A DNA stretch of 64,000 nucleotides from Methanocaldococcus sp. 28A (GTDB taxonomy: Archaea; AGJL01; Methanococci; Methanococcales; Methanocaldococcaceae): NCBI GenBank assembly GCA_049852185.1, contig CP187540.1; one strand, given 5' to 3'. The notes beneath the pieces are model-generated. The model saw only the letters and a program-made list of their open reading frames with translations. It had not been told where the DNA came from and searched no databases. Below are positions 1 through 11,465 of the stretch, piece by piece. A program made the translations under genes and the position numbers. Positions within the stretch are counted from its first letter, which is position 1; each line of letters starts with the position of its first letter.

Positions 1-1390
1 CATCTTTCTCTACTTCTTTTATCTCTTCTTTTTCTTTAACTTCCTTAGGTTGTATAATTAGCTGCTCTTCTTTAACTTTTTCTTCTTTTTTCTTTTCTTT
101 ATCTAATTTATCTTTCTCTTTTTTCTTTTTTCCTTCTAATTTTTTCTTTTCTTTCAATATTTTTAATATTTCAGAAGCTAACTTATCTCCAACTAAAACT
201 TTTAGCTCATCCTCCTTTATATCAAAGTAATCAATTAAATCAGCAGCTACAGATGGATTTTCTTTAGCTAAAATTTTGAGCATTTGCAAATCAAATTTTG
301 CCCTTTTTGATGATGTATGTGTTTTTTCACCAATTTTCTTTAATATTTTATTTAATATCTCCCTCTCTGCCTTTGTTTGTGTCAATAGCCTAAAAATCTT
401 TGGATAACTATATGGAGTCCATTTTCTATACTTTTCATCTTTTGAGAGAGCAACACCAGCAGTCATTAATGTCGTTGCATACTTCCAAAAGCTGTAGTTT
501 TGTCTTCTCATCACTCTACCTAAATATCTATCCGCCTTTGAGAGATATTCAAAAGCTCTCTCCACCTCATCTAATTTTTCATACTCTTTTGGAACATTTT
601 CAGCTATCCATTCAATTATAACATCTGGTGTTTCATCTACATTCATCAATGCAGTTGTAGCTATCCCATAGTGCGTAGTTTTTAAAATAATCCTCAAAGC
701 ATCAAATATATTTGCCTCTCTTTTCCTATCTGGAAGTTTTTGTGCCGCTTCATAACTCAAATCTCCAGACAAAGCTAAAGCCTCTAAGTCATTTATTGCA
801 CTTCTCAAATCTCCAGCTGAATGTTGGGCAATCATTTTTAATGTCTTATCATCCACATCAAGCCCCTCTTTTTCAGCTATCTTTTTTAGAACTTTATAGA
901 CAGAAGTTTTATTTAACGGGTTTAATTGGATTATCTCAACATAAGGTAAAAGATTCCTTATTGATGTGGCATAGGCATCATTCGCAGTTAAAATTATTGG
1001 ATTCTTTGCCTTCTTTATAATCTTTATTAGCTCAGAGACTCCTCCAGCATCCTCTTTTCCTGAAATACCATCAACCTCATCTAATACAATTAAAAATCTC
1101 TTTCCAAGGACTGAAGATGAATTAGCCGCATGCCCTACAACCTTTTTTATAATTGAAGCATTTCTCTTATCACTCGCGTTCAATTCAATAACTTCAAATC
1201 CATAATCATTAGCTAAGGCATAAGCTAAAGTTGTTTTTCCACATCCTGGAGGTCCTACCAACAAAATCGGTTTTGGATGCTCTCCTCTCAAATAGCTTTC
1301 AATCCATGTTTTTAGCTTTTCTTTAACTTTATCATGTCCTGCAACATCTTTCAATGATTTTGGTCTATATTTCTCCACCCAACTTAACAT
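1..1390 (-). CDS. rfcL: Replication factor C large subunit (3' end runs off the window)
   Basis: Manual translation from ATG at 1390 gives [18 protein letters not shown]...[12 protein letters not shown]...ELNASDKR...DEVDG, with a Lys/Glu-rich tail. Not in the ORF track because it is truncated. Confidence 0.95.
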   Translation of the reverse strand, partial: MLSWVEKYRPKSLKDVAGHDKVKEKLKTWIESYLRGEHPKPILLVGPPGCGKTTLAYALANDYGFEVIELNASDKRNASIIKKVVGHAANSSSVLGKRFLIVLDEVDGISGKEDAGGVSELIKIIKKAKNPIILTANDAYATSIRNLLPYVEIIQLNPLNKTSVYKVLKKIAEKEGLDVDDKTLKMIAQHSAGDLRSAINDLEALALSGDLSYEAAQKLPDRKREANIFDALRIILKTTHYGIATTALMNVDETPDVIIEWIAENVPKEYEKLDEVERAFEYLSKADRYLGRVMRRQNYSFWKYATTLMTAGVALSKDEKYRKWTPYSYPKIFRLLTQTKAEREILNKILKKIGEKTHTSSKRAKFDLQMLKILAKENPSVAADLIDYFDIKEDELKVLVGDKLASEILKILKEKKKLEGKKKKEKDKLDKEKKKEEKVKEEQLIIQPKEVKEKEEIKEVEKD

Positions 1391-1418
1391 AAACTATCCC
1401 TAACTAAATTATTTTTTA

Positions 1419-2429
1419 TTATTTTTTATTAATTTTAAAATCCAGAGCTAATATATATTCTCTTGGTGCATAGCTCTTAACTATCCTCTTTTCCAAAACC
1501 TCACAATCACATTTCTTTTCAAATAATTTTATTGCTTCATCAAAATCTTTTCCAATTGTATAATAGTGTATAACTCCTCCCTCCTCTACAATATCCAATG
1601 CCTTATCAACAAATTCATAAGCAAATTTTGGTAAATTCATTATAACTCTATTTCCTTTAACATCAACCTCTCTAACATCACTCAATATAGGTATTATTTT
1701 ATGTTCCAATTTATTTAACTTTATATTCATTTTTAAAAGCTCTATTGCATGTGGATTTATATCTATAGCATAGATTTTTTTAGCGTTTCTGCAAGCGATT
1801 GAAAACGGCCCAACTCCTGCAAACATATCAACAACCACATCATCTAAAGAAACTTTTTTCATTATTCTTGCCCTCTCCCCTCCTAATCTTGGTGAAAAAT
1901 AAACTTTTGCAATATCAACATACAATCTATAACCATTCTCTTTGTGGATTGTTAGAGTTCTATTCTCTCCCGCTAAATGCTCTAACTCTCTAACTCTAAA
2001 CTCCCCCTTAACTTCACTTTTTCTTCTAAAAACTCCTTTACATGGAATTAATTTATAAGCTAATTCACCAATCTCCTTTCTTATTTTTTCATCAACTTCA
2101 TCAGAAATTTGTAGAATTACCAAATCTCCAATCATATCATAAGATAAAGAAATTAATCCTTCATCAATCTCTTTTCTATATTTTTTTGATATTATTTCTC
2201 TAAAACTTGGTTTTCTTTTAATTTCTTTTTTCTTTAAATCTTTTTCAACTACCTCGAACTCAATATCTAAAATGTCTTTTAAAATCTCTTCATCAACATC
2301 TTTTATTGGTAAATAAAGATAATTCACATCAGAATTTATTTTATAGTCCTTGTTTAATAAGTTATTTTCTATCAATATTCTTCTTATTCTCTCTCCATGT
2401 TTTTTGTTTATTTTTAGGCAGATTGGCAT
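1419..2429 (-). CDS. trm5b: tRNA (guanine37-N1) methyltransferase Trm5
   Basis: VYFSPRL, DMFAGVGPF and MNLP motifs. Confidence 0.92.
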   Translation of the reverse strand: MPICLKINKKHGERIRRILIENNLLNKDYKINSDVNYLYLPIKDVDEEILKDILDIEFEVVEKDLKKKEIKRKPSFREIISKKYRKEIDEGLISLSYDMIGDLVILQISDEVDEKIRKEIGELAYKLIPCKGVFRRKSEVKGEFRVRELEHLAGENRTLTIHKENGYRLYVDIAKVYFSPRLGGERARIMKKVSLDDVVVDMFAGVGPFSIACRNAKKIYAIDINPHAIELLKMNIKLNKLEHKIIPILSDVREVDVKGNRVIMNLPKFAYEFVDKALDIVEEGGVIHYYTIGKDFDEAIKLFEKKCDCEVLEKRIVKSYAPREYILALDFKINKK

Positions 2430-2468
2430 AGAATCACCAAATAAAATTAAATTATTTAAATTTTATTT

Positions 2469-3062
2469 TTATTTTTTTACAGACTTTAGAACTCTATAAC
2501 CTCCTTTTATTGTAACAGTCTCAACATTTCCAAAGACTTCTTCCATAAATTTTGCTAATGATTTGGCTCCTTGTTTTGTCTGTATAACTACCCAAATCTC
2601 ACCATTATCCTTTAAAAGTTCTTTCCCTTCCTCAATAATCTTATGTAAAACTTCTTTTCCAGCCCTTATTGGAGGATTTGTTATAATTTTATCATACATT
2701 CTATCCCTAACATTTTCATATAAATCGCTATGAATTACCCTAATATCATAACTTTCTAAATTATTTAATTTTATATTCTCTTTAGCCAATTTTATAGCTC
2801 TTCTATTTATATCAGTCATTGTTACTGATTTTACTTCATCAGCTAAAGCTATTCCAATAACACCATAGCCACATCCCAAATCTAATATGTTATCTCCATT
2901 ATTAACAACCACATTCTCGACTAAAATCTTAGTTCCTTTATCAATCTTTCCATAAGAAAAAACTCCACTATCTGTTTTAAATTTTAATTTTTTTCCTCTT
3001 AAAATGTCTTCAACAATTTTTATATCTGATTTGGTTGTGGGCTTTTCTGAGAAATAGTGCAT
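2469..3062 (-). CDS. Class I SAM methyltransferase (RsmC/MTS-like)
   Basis: GVFS, LDLGCGYG and NPP motifs. Confidence 0.88.
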   Translation of the reverse strand: MHYFSEKPTTKSDIKIVEDILRGKKLKFKTDSGVFSYGKIDKGTKILVENVVVNNGDNILDLGCGYGVIGIALADEVKSVTMTDINRRAIKLAKENIKLNNLESYDIRVIHSDLYENVRDRMYDKIITNPPIRAGKEVLHKIIEEGKELLKDNGEIWVVIQTKQGAKSLAKFMEEVFGNVETVTIKGGYRVLKSVKK

Positions 3063-3171
3063 TTTATCACCAAAATCTTTATAACTAACTTTAAATTAAA
3101 ATAATACTCTTAATTATAAAAATTGTTTTTTAAATTTCATCAATAATATTTATTTCATAATAGGTGATAAA

Positions 3172-4089
3172 ATGCATCTCTTAGATTTGGATGTGCTAAG
3201 TAGAGAAGACATTTTAAAGATTATTGAATATGGAATATACTTCAAAAAAAATAGAAGAAAACATGAGAAAATTTTAGAGGGGAAGAGTATAGCAATATTA
3301 TTTGAAAAGCCCTCAACAAGAACAAGAATGAGTTTTGATATTGCTGTGTATGAATTAGGAGGCCATCCTTTAATAATGAACCAGAATGAGATACATTTAG
3401 GAAAGAAAGAGTCTATAAAAGATACTGCAAGGGTTATGAGTAGATACGTAGATGCAATAGTTGCAAGAGTTTATAAACATAGACACTTAGAAGAGATGGC
3501 TAAATACTCATCAGTCCCTATTATAAATGCGTTGAGTGATTTAGCTCATCCTTGCCAAATATTAGCTGATTTAATGACAATAAAGGAATTTAAAGGAAAA
3601 TTTAATGGATTAAAAATAGCTTATTTAGGAGATGGAAACAACGTCTGTAATTCTTTAATCTTAGGTTCTGCTTTAGTAGGAATGGATATCTATGTAGGAA
3701 CACCAAGGGGTTATGAACCAAACGCTAAAACAATATTAAAAGCTAAAGAAATCATTGAAGAATATGGCGAAGGTTCTTTAACATTAACAAATAATCCAAT
3801 AGAGGCTGTTGAAGATGCAGATATTATATATACTGATGTATGGATAAGTATGGGTGATGAAAAAGATAAGGAGGAGGTTTTAAAAATCTTTCCACAATTT
3901 CAAGTTAATAATAAGCTCTTAGAACATGCTAAAGATGATGTTATTGTTATGCACTGCCTACCAGCAAATAGAGGATATGAGATAACTGATGATGTTATTG
4001 ATGGAGAACATTCAGTAGTTTATGATGAGGCAGAAAATAGATTGCATGCTCAAAAAGGACTGTTTAAGTTTATATTTGAGAAATTATAA
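3172..4089 (+). CDS. argF: Ornithine carbamoyltransferase
   Basis: STRTR, HPCQ and HCLP motifs. Confidence 0.97.
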   Translation: MHLLDLDVLSREDILKIIEYGIYFKKNRRKHEKILEGKSIAILFEKPSTRTRMSFDIAVYELGGHPLIMNQNEIHLGKKESIKDTARVMSRYVDAIVARVYKHRHLEEMAKYSSVPIINALSDLAHPCQILADLMTIKEFKGKFNGLKIAYLGDGNNVCNSLILGSALVGMDIYVGTPRGYEPNAKTILKAKEIIEEYGEGSLTLTNNPIEAVEDADIIYTDVWISMGDEKDKEEVLKIFPQFQVNNKLLEHAKDDVIVMHCLPANRGYEITDDVIDGEHSVVYDEAENRLHAQKGLFKFIFEKL

Positions 4090-4123
4090 CTTTCATTTTT
4101 TAATTTTTAATTTAGGACTGGAA

Positions 4124-5398
4124 TTAACCAGATAATCTTTCAATTTCTTCTGCCAATGATTTCATCCTTTCAGAAATTTCCTTAGCTTCTTTAGCGAATT
4201 TTTGCAATTCTGGTGGAGCTATTCCGATGAATAGGTCTTTCAAGTGTTTAGCAATTATTTCATAGATTTCTCTTGCGTTATTTGATGTAGCCTTCTCTTC
4301 TAACTCAATTGTAATGAAACCATCAGCTAAAGCCGTTTGTCTTGCAGGGTCAGTCAATCTCTTGGCTATGAAGATTTTGATGTGTGGAATTAGATTTAGT
4401 TGTTGAGTTCTTCCAAATTCTTCATCTATTACCCTTCTATCTACTTCTCTTTTCCAATTCTTGCATGAAGCATAAACATAAAATTTTGTGTTTCCTATTC
4501 TTTTCCAAGACCATACATCTACTTCTATAGTTCCTCCACCTCTTGCTGGTAATCTCTTTCCTATTTCAACATAATCAAATCCCATAGATTTTAAAACATT
4601 TGCAACTATTTCCTCTAAAACTTTCCAATCAGGCGTTTTATCGTCAAATTTGAATTTTATTTCATTTACTTCTTTATTTTTTGTTTCTGTAGTAGTTTTT
4701 TTAATGTCTTCATTTTCTTCATTTTTTTCTAATATATCCTCTGGTGGAGATAATTTCTTTATAAATTCATCCTCAAGAAATGGTGCTGGTATTATTTCCT
4801 TAAACCATAAAATTCCTGAATAAATTAACGCATAAATAATATTCTCCATTCTTTTTTCTTGCTCTTTCTTTTCATCTCCTTTTAGACTATAAATATTCTC
4901 TCCCGTTGCAAGTTTGTAAGCGTCAGAAGTAGTGTATAGTGAGTATAATATTGATCCTAAGGAGGTATATCCAGAAGCTTCTAATTTTATACTTTCTAAG
5001 ATTTTCCTTAAATCTTCTTTATCTTCATCTTTGAGTTCGTTAATATATTTTTTCTTAAAATATTTATAGCAAGCTTTTCTAAATTTATCATAATACTCTC
5101 CTTCTATATTCTCTAATTGAGTTTTTACTTTTTTATAATTCTCAAATCTTCTACCTTCAGAAGAGTATTCATTAGAATATAGATTTTCTATAAATATTTC
5201 AGCAGATTTCCAAGCCACATATCCTTCCTTTCCTGATAAAAATCTGGCTAATTCCTTTTTCACAGAATTCATAGTACTTTCTTTACTCCAATCTTCTATT
5301 ACTGCTCTAAATCTCGCATATAACAAAGCTATATAAACTCCAAGAGACTTTGCATCAGTGTCTATCCATTTCTCATTAAACCATTGGGGAATTTCCAT
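4124..5398 (-). CDS. Protein with a C-terminal Mrr-like PD-(D/E)xK restriction endonuclease domain and an unrecognised N-terminal domain
   Basis: LEEIVANVLKSMGF...IEVDVW...YASCKNWKREV pattern in the C-terminal ~170 aa. Confidence 0.7.
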   Translation of the reverse strand: MEIPQWFNEKWIDTDAKSLGVYIALLYARFRAVIEDWSKESTMNSVKKELARFLSGKEGYVAWKSAEIFIENLYSNEYSSEGRRFENYKKVKTQLENIEGEYYDKFRKACYKYFKKKYINELKDEDKEDLRKILESIKLEASGYTSLGSILYSLYTTSDAYKLATGENIYSLKGDEKKEQEKRMENIIYALIYSGILWFKEIIPAPFLEDEFIKKLSPPEDILEKNEENEDIKKTTTETKNKEVNEIKFKFDDKTPDWKVLEEIVANVLKSMGFDYVEIGKRLPARGGGTIEVDVWSWKRIGNTKFYVYASCKNWKREVDRRVIDEEFGRTQQLNLIPHIKIFIAKRLTDPARQTALADGFITIELEEKATSNNAREIYEIIAKHLKDLFIGIAPPELQKFAKEAKEISERMKSLAEEIERLSG

Positions 5399-5575
5399 GA
5401 GTTTACACCTCTTAACATTTGGACATGTCCTACTTGTTCTTATTATTCTGTCTCAATAATATATTCCTTAGAATATCTACTTGGATTTAATGTCATTGTT
5501 GTATTTTTTTCTATATTTAAGTATTTTCTTAATCTTTTTATGGTAAAATATCCATAATATCCCAAAAAATAAAAA

Positions 5576-6412
5576 TTATCTAACATTCCCTTTTAAAAGA
5601 ATATCAATCTTCTCAGTAATTTTATCCAATTCATCTTCTGACAATGGATTAGGAATTACTTTATTTTTATTTTCATAAATTGCCTTTGCTATCTCTCTAA
5701 AAATATTGGCTATCTCACTATCTGGATACATCTCAATAATTGTCTTTTTGTAAATTTCTGCCTTTGTTATAAGATTACTCATTGGTATTTTTCCAATAAC
5801 TTGAGTTCCAATTTTTTTAGCAAACTCTTCAACAATCTCTGGAGCATTTATAACACTCCTTTCATTATAAATAATCCCTCCTAATGCTATCTTTCCCCTA
5901 TTTGCATATCTCTTTATTCCCTTACATATATTGTTTGCCGCATAAATTGCCATTGGGTCACATGTTGTTACGATATAAACATCATCAGCTAAGTGTTTTT
6001 GTAAAGGCATTGCAAATCCTCCACAAACAACATCCCCTAAAATATCATAAATAATTACATCTGGCTTTAATGTTTCAAAAACTCCCAATCTATTTAGCAT
6101 ATCAACTGCTGTAATAACCCCTCTCCCAGCACATCCAACTCCAGGCTCTGGCCCTCCAGATTCAACACAATAAACTCCTCCAAAACCTTCAAAGACTATA
6201 TCTTCCAATTCCATATTATCTGGGCCTTTTTTTCTAAAAACATCTAAAACTGTAGGTATTTTTTTACCAACTAAATTCCTTGTTGTGTCAGCCTTTGGGT
6301 CACAACCAACAACTAAAACCTTTTTTCCTTCTTCTGCTAAAGCTGCAGCTATATTGCTTACTGTTGTAGATTTTCCAATTCCTCCCTTCCCATAGACACA
6401 AAATTTTCTCAT
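5576..6412 (-). CDS. cfbC: NifH-like ATPase (Ni-sirohydrochlorin a,c-diamide reductive cyclase ATPase subunit, NflH/CfbC)
   Basis: [29 protein letters not shown] and DVVCGGF motifs; no nifDK nearby. Confidence 0.8.
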   Translation of the reverse strand: MRKFCVYGKGGIGKSTTVSNIAAALAEEGKKVLVVGCDPKADTTRNLVGKKIPTVLDVFRKKGPDNMELEDIVFEGFGGVYCVESGGPEPGVGCAGRGVITAVDMLNRLGVFETLKPDVIIYDILGDVVCGGFAMPLQKHLADDVYIVTTCDPMAIYAANNICKGIKRYANRGKIALGGIIYNERSVINAPEIVEEFAKKIGTQVIGKIPMSNLITKAEIYKKTIIEMYPDSEIANIFREIAKAIYENKNKVIPNPLSEDELDKITEKIDILLKGNVR

Positions 6413-6451
6413 AAAAATTCACCTAATATTAATAATTGTTGAGATTAATAG

Positions 6452-7405
6452 TCAAATTAATAGTAATGCAACTATTATAAAGATATCTAAAATTAAAGTA
6501 ATAGCCGCATTAACCATAACTATTTTAGTTCCCAACTTAGCTCCAAAAAGAGAGACTTGCAATGGTAGAGAATGTTTAACATATCTACTTGAAAAAGTTA
6601 AAACATTTCCAATAATTAATCCAATCAAAACTTCTTTTGAATTTAAAATTCCCTCATTTAAAAATCCCCCAGCCATAACTATCGCTGCTTGAACATTCAT
6701 AATTTCTGTCAATGCTAAAATTCCAACATTAGGGTTTAATTTTAATAAGGTGGTTATTGGTTGGACAAATTTCTCAACATAATCAAAAAATCCCACTTTA
6801 GAAAGATAGATAACTAAAGTCATCATAAAGAACATTGTTGGAATCAACCTTTTAGCAAATCTAAGAGTGCTTTTAAATGATTTCTTTACATTCTCTTTTT
6901 TATCCATTTTATTTATATTAGGCATTTCAAAAGAATAATTTTTCGATATAATTGACAAATATAAAAATCCAATTATTGTCTTTATTAAAGCTACTCCTAA
7001 TCTTATTAAAACAAATAAAACCCCTGTCCAACCTAAGATTGGCACAACAATTGGAATAAAAAATGTGAATGTATGTGACAAGACAGAAGGGAAAGAATTT
7101 GCTAAAGAAGTTCCTATAATCTCTTTTTCATTAATTTTATTTTCTTTCAAACCTTCAGCTAAAATTGAATATCCAACAGTTGGGCTAAAAAAGCATGTCA
7201 AAATTGATGAAATTGATATAGGATTTATCTTTAATCTTTTTAGAATTGGAGATAACTTCTCACTAAATTTTTTCATAATTCCTATGTTCATAATGTAATT
7301 TACAATAAAAACCGTAATTAAAACAATAATAGATATTTTTATTGAGTAATATGCCGAGATTATAAAGCTCTCTACTAACAAAGCAATATAATCCACAATA
7401 ATCAC
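6452..7405 (-). CDS. Membrane protein with a nucleoside-recognition (Gate)-type domain
   Basis: Multiple hydrophobic segments with a twofold repeat organisation; resembles the recalled MJ0880 family. Confidence 0.65.
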   Translation of the reverse strand: MIIVDYIALLVESFIISAYYSIKISIIVLITVFIVNYIMNIGIMKKFSEKLSPILKRLKINPISISSILTCFFSPTVGYSILAEGLKENKINEKEIIGTSLANSFPSVLSHTFTFFIPIVVPILGWTGVLFVLIRLGVALIKTIIGFLYLSIISKNYSFEMPNINKMDKKENVKKSFKSTLRFAKRLIPTMFFMMTLVIYLSKVGFFDYVEKFVQPITTLLKLNPNVGILALTEIMNVQAAIVMAGGFLNEGILNSKEVLIGLIIGNVLTFSSRYVKHSLPLQVSLFGAKLGTKIVMVNAAITLILDIFIIVALLLI

Positions 7406-7506
7406 CTATATTATTAAAACTTATAACATATAAATTATAAATCTAAAAAATGAAATTCAAAATGAAAATCAAATACTATCATTAAAAATCAACATCTTTT
7501 ATTATT

Positions 7507-7527
7507 TGTGTGTAATTCATACACACA
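7507..7527. promoter_or_regulatory. Perfect 8-bp inverted repeat (candidate operator) upstream of the fsr promoter
   Basis: TGTGTGTA-attca-TACACACA, ~40 bp upstream of a TTTATATA box at ~7565. Confidence 0.4.
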
Positions 7528-7581
7528 TATTAATTAGTTTAATTAGTAAGCTTTATATTAAGCGTTTATATATATCTAAGT

Positions 7582-7687
7582 TATAGTTGTGTGCAAAAGT
7601 GTTTAATTATAAGGCATTAATGAATGTTTTTCAAAAGGAAAACGTTCTTTCATTCTTAAAGTTTATTTTATTTTGCACACAACTATA
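7582..7687. mobile_element. MITE family A (~106 bp)
   Basis: Terminal inverted repeat TATAGTTGTGTGCAAAA...TTTTGCACACAACTATA; related copies at 10797 and 31508. Confidence 0.85.
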
Positions 7688-7734
7688 AATAAACTAAAGT
7701 ATTAGTAATATAATCACATGTTTCGGGTGAAAAA

Positions 7735-9597
7735 ATGTATGAGTGGAAGTTAAACCAAATAGTTGATAGTGGAATATGTGCAAGATGTGGGACATGTACT
7801 ATAGTATGTCCTAATAGTATATTAACTTTTGATGAGAGACCAAAATTAATAGATGAGTGTTTAAGAAAAGGTCATGGAATGTGTTATGATGTTTGTCCAA
7901 GGGTATCATCAGGAAAATACCAAATAAAAATCAGAGAGAAGTTTAAGGAAGAATATTACTATGGAAAAAGTGACATTGAAGGACAAGATGGAGGGGTTGT
8001 AACAGCATTCCTAAAATACTTATTAGAAAATGGAAAAATTGATGGAGCAATTGTTGTTGGAGATGAGTGCTGGAAACCAGTTTCATTAGTTGTTCAAAAT
8101 GCAGAGGATTTATTAAAAACTGCAAAATCAAAATATGCTATCTCAACTTTAGATGCATTAAGAAAAGCTGGAGAAATGGGACTAAAGAAAGTTGCAGTTG
8201 TTGGGTTACCATGCCAAATTAATGGTTTGAGAAAACTACAATACTTCCCATACTTAGCAAAGCACGATGGAGAACTCGGTAAGAATGGAAAACCAGCTAA
8301 GTTACCAAAAATTGAATATCTCATAGGATTATTCTGTACTGAGAAATTTGAATATAACAACATGAAAGAAGTTTTAGCAAAGCATGGAATAGACATTGAA
8401 AATGTTGAGAAGTTTGATATTAAGAAAGGAAAATTACTTGTTTATATAAATGGAGAGAAAAAAGAAATTGACTTAAAAGAGTTTGAAATCTGCCCAGGAT
8501 GTAAAATTTGTAGAGATTTTGATGCAAGCATGGCTGATGTTTCAGTTGGATGTGTTGGAAGTCCAGATGGTTATTCAACAGTCATAATAAGAACTAAGAA
8601 AGGGGAAGAGATTAAAAATGCTGTTGAATTAAAAGAAGGGGTTAATTTAGAAGAAATTGAGAAATTAAGGCAGCTGAAATTAAAGAGATTTAAGAAAGAA
8701 GTTGAGAGAAGAAAGGAAAATAATGAATTCATTTCATTCTACTGGACAGCTGATTATGGTGGAATCGGAAAGAGAGCTGATGGAACTTACTTCATAAGAA
8801 TTAGAGCAAAGCCTGCTGGATGGTACACTGTTGAAGAAATAAAAGAAATCTTAGATATTGCTGAAAAATACAATGCTAAGATAAAGATAACTGATAGAGG
8901 AGCTTATGAACTCCACGGCATTAGTGGATTTGATGTTGAAGATATAGTATTAAGGTTGAGGGAAAAAGGATTAATAACTGGTTCAGAAGGGCCATTAGTT
9001 AGAGCTACATTGGCATGTCCTGGAGCTGGAAACTGTAGTAGTGGTTTAATAGATACAACAGAACTATGTAAAATCATTGAAGATAACTTCAAAGAAAGAC
9101 CAGCTCCATACAAATTCAAGATTGCAATTAGTGGATGTCCAAACAAGTGTGTAAGACCACAAGTACATGATATTGGTATAGCAGGAGTTAAATTCCCAGA
9201 TGTTGATGAGGAAAAATGTAACGGTTGTGGAAGATGCTTTGAAGTTTGTAAAGTTGAAGCAATTTATATAAGAGGAGAAACTTCCTACACTAACTACAAT
9301 ATCTGTGTTGGATGCGGAAAATGTATAAAAGCATGTCCTAATGAGGCAAGAATCGTTAAAGAAGAAGGATTTATGGTCTATGTTGGTGGTAAAACAGGAA
9401 GAGAAGTTGTTGAAGGAATCAGCATGAAGATGAACAGTGTTGATGAAATACTTAACTTAATAGATAAAGTGTTGGTTGTTTATGACAAATACGCTAAGAA
9501 ACCACAGAGAGAAAGATTAGCTGCAGTTATGAAAAGAGTAGGACAAGAAACGTTCTTAGAGGAGGTTATGGAATTAATGAAAAAAGAATCTGCCTAA
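7735..9597 (+). CDS. fsr: F420-dependent sulfite reductase
   Basis: N-terminal FrhB-like domain (GQDGGVVT, GLPCQ) fused to a siroheme sulfite reductase domain (ACPGAGNC, ISGCPNKC) with ferredoxin motifs; 620 aa. Confidence 0.95.
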   Translation: MYEWKLNQIVDSGICARCGTCTIVCPNSILTFDERPKLIDECLRKGHGMCYDVCPRVSSGKYQIKIREKFKEEYYYGKSDIEGQDGGVVTAFLKYLLENGKIDGAIVVGDECWKPVSLVVQNAEDLLKTAKSKYAISTLDALRKAGEMGLKKVAVVGLPCQINGLRKLQYFPYLAKHDGELGKNGKPAKLPKIEYLIGLFCTEKFEYNNMKEVLAKHGIDIENVEKFDIKKGKLLVYINGEKKEIDLKEFEICPGCKICRDFDASMADVSVGCVGSPDGYSTVIIRTKKGEEIKNAVELKEGVNLEEIEKLRQLKLKRFKKEVERRKENNEFISFYWTADYGGIGKRADGTYFIRIRAKPAGWYTVEEIKEILDIAEKYNAKIKITDRGAYELHGISGFDVEDIVLRLREKGLITGSEGPLVRATLACPGAGNCSSGLIDTTELCKIIEDNFKERPAPYKFKIAISGCPNKCVRPQVHDIGIAGVKFPDVDEEKCNGCGRCFEVCKVEAIYIRGETSYTNYNICVGCGKCIKACPNEARIVKEEGFMVYVGGKTGREVVEGISMKMNSVDEILNLIDKVLVVYDKYAKKPQRERLAAVMKRVGQETFLEEVMELMKKESA

Positions 9598-9681
9598 ATT
9601 TTTTATATTTTTATTTTATTTTTTATTTTTAAATTTAGATTTTTAGATTATTTTATATAAATAAAAATAGAAAAAATTTAA

Positions 9682-10644
9682 TTAATCGTGAATCCCTTTC
9701 TCTGTTATTCTAAACATTGCCTCAGCATCTGGTAAGTGTGGAGAGTCATATAACTTAGCTACTCTTTTATCTCCTTTTGCCTTTCTTAAGAATATTCTAA
9801 ATGTTGCTGCGTGTCCTACTATATGCCCTCCAATTGCCTGTTCTGAAGCTCCAAATATAGCGTCTGGTCTTGCAGCTACCTGGTTTGTTACTATAACAAC
9901 ACAGTTGTATAAATCAGCTAATTTATTGAGTGTAGCCATATGTCTACCTAATTTTTGCTGCCTCTCAGCTAATTTTCCTCTTCCTATATACTCAGTTCTA
10001 AATTTTGATGTCAATGAATCTACTATAATTAACTTTATGTTGTGCCCTTCTCTTATCAAGTTCTCAACGTTTTCTGCATAAAGCATCTGCATATCTGAGT
10101 TATAAGCTCTTGCAACTAAAATATTGTTTAAAACTTCATTTCCATCTAATCCTAAAGCCTCTGCCATTTGGATAATTCTTTCTGGTCTAAATGTCCCTTC
10201 TGTATCAATATAAACTGCTTTTGGTTCATTTAAAATTTCTTCCTTTATAGCATCATCAGCAACTATTCTATCTGGACATTGTAAATTAACACATGCTTGA
10301 TGAGCAATCTGGGTTTTACCAGAACCAAACATCCCTGCAAATTCAGTGATAGACTGACTTTCTAAACCTCCTACTAAAATTTCATCTAAGTTTTTACTTC
10401 CAGTTGAGAGCTTCCATATATTTTTTCTTTGAGTTAAAACTTCACTACCACTTTTAAATCCTAAATTACACAGTTCTCTCGCGGCTTCTATAATTCTTGC
10501 GGCGGCTTTTTCACTAATTCCATCTATTTCTGTTAATTCACCAATTGTTGCAGTTGCAATTTTCATAAAATCAGTGTAACCAGCTTCTTTTAATTTCTCT
10601 GCTGTTGAAGGTCCTACGCCAGGTAGTTGAGTTAAATCATCCAT
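9682..10644 (-). CDS. radA: DNA repair and recombination protein RadA
   Basis: N-terminal Hh[10 protein letters not shown] and [12 protein letters not shown] motifs; no intein. Confidence 0.97.
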   Translation of the reverse strand: MDDLTQLPGVGPSTAEKLKEAGYTDFMKIATATIGELTEIDGISEKAAARIIEAARELCNLGFKSGSEVLTQRKNIWKLSTGSKNLDEILVGGLESQSITEFAGMFGSGKTQIAHQACVNLQCPDRIVADDAIKEEILNEPKAVYIDTEGTFRPERIIQMAEALGLDGNEVLNNILVARAYNSDMQMLYAENVENLIREGHNIKLIIVDSLTSKFRTEYIGRGKLAERQQKLGRHMATLNKLADLYNCVVIVTNQVAARPDAIFGASEQAIGGHIVGHAATFRIFLRKAKGDKRVAKLYDSPHLPDAEAMFRITEKGIHD

Positions 10645-10796
10645 TATATCACCATGAGCATAAATTTATAGTTGTTAATATATAGATAAATTTGATGACA
10701 ATAGATGATATTGCTAAAGAACTATATGAAACTTGTTATATATAATCTCTTATATTTAACTATATAGAAATTTTTATATTGTAGTTAAATAGGAAT

Positions 10797-10906
10797 TATA
10801 GTTATGTGCAAAATAAACTAAACTTTAAAAAGGAAATTTTGAATGCCTTCCTTGGAGCATTCATTAATTCCTTATTTTATTTAAAATAGTTTTGCACACA
10901 ACTATA
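10797..10906. mobile_element. MITE family A (~110 bp)
   Basis: TATAGTTATGTGCAAAA...TTTTGCACACAACTATA with a central GAATGC...GCATTC hairpin; near-identical to the reverse complement of 31508-31621. Confidence 0.85.
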
Positions 10907-10952
10907 ATTAAAAGTCCTAAAAGAATAAAAACCTAAAGAAATAACTATAATT

Positions 10953-11351
10953 ATGGGGGGTGTAAGTATGATATCAAAATATTTGGTTAGAGATGTTATG
11001 AAAAAAGGTGTAGTTGAAGTAACCTTAGATACAAAGTTATGCGATGTTATTAAAACAATGGCAAAATATGACATATCATCTGTTGTAGTTTCTGATGGAG
11101 AAAGATTTTGGGGAATTATAACTGACACAGATATATTAAAACATTATCATGAACTAAATAAAACTGCTGAAGAAATAATGACAGTAAATCCTATAACAGT
11201 TAGTCCCGGAGCTCCATTGGAAAAAGCTATTGAGATTATGGCTGAGAAAGGAATACATCACTTATATGTTAAATCACCATGTGAAGACAAAATTGTTGGT
11301 GTTTTAAGCTCAAAAGATATTATAAAACTATTTTCAGATTTGATTGAATAA
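10953..11351 (+). CDS. CBS domain protein
   Basis: Tandem CBS pair (VRDVMKK...GIITDTD...IMT). Confidence 0.9.
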   Translation: MGGVSMISKYLVRDVMKKGVVEVTLDTKLCDVIKTMAKYDISSVVVSDGERFWGIITDTDILKHYHELNKTAEEIMTVNPITVSPGAPLEKAIEIMAEKGIHHLYVKSPCEDKIVGVLSSKDIIKLFSDLIE

Positions 11352-11465
11352 ACTTACTAAACTTAATTTTGCAATAATACTATTTTATTTTTCTAAATCT
11401 TATTAATGTTTATAAACAATATATGGCCATATATTTAAATATGTGGCTATATAGTTTATATTACG

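Noticed and set aside
400-1020. Plus-strand ORFs 400-621 and 712-1020
   Set aside because: Antisense shadows of rfcL. The same applies to the other short ORFs opposite well-supported genes (e.g. 52306-52989, 58083-58454).
5576-6412. Nitrogen fixation gene
   Set aside because: No nifDK or nifI neighbours; it fits the F430 biosynthesis NflH/CfbC class better.
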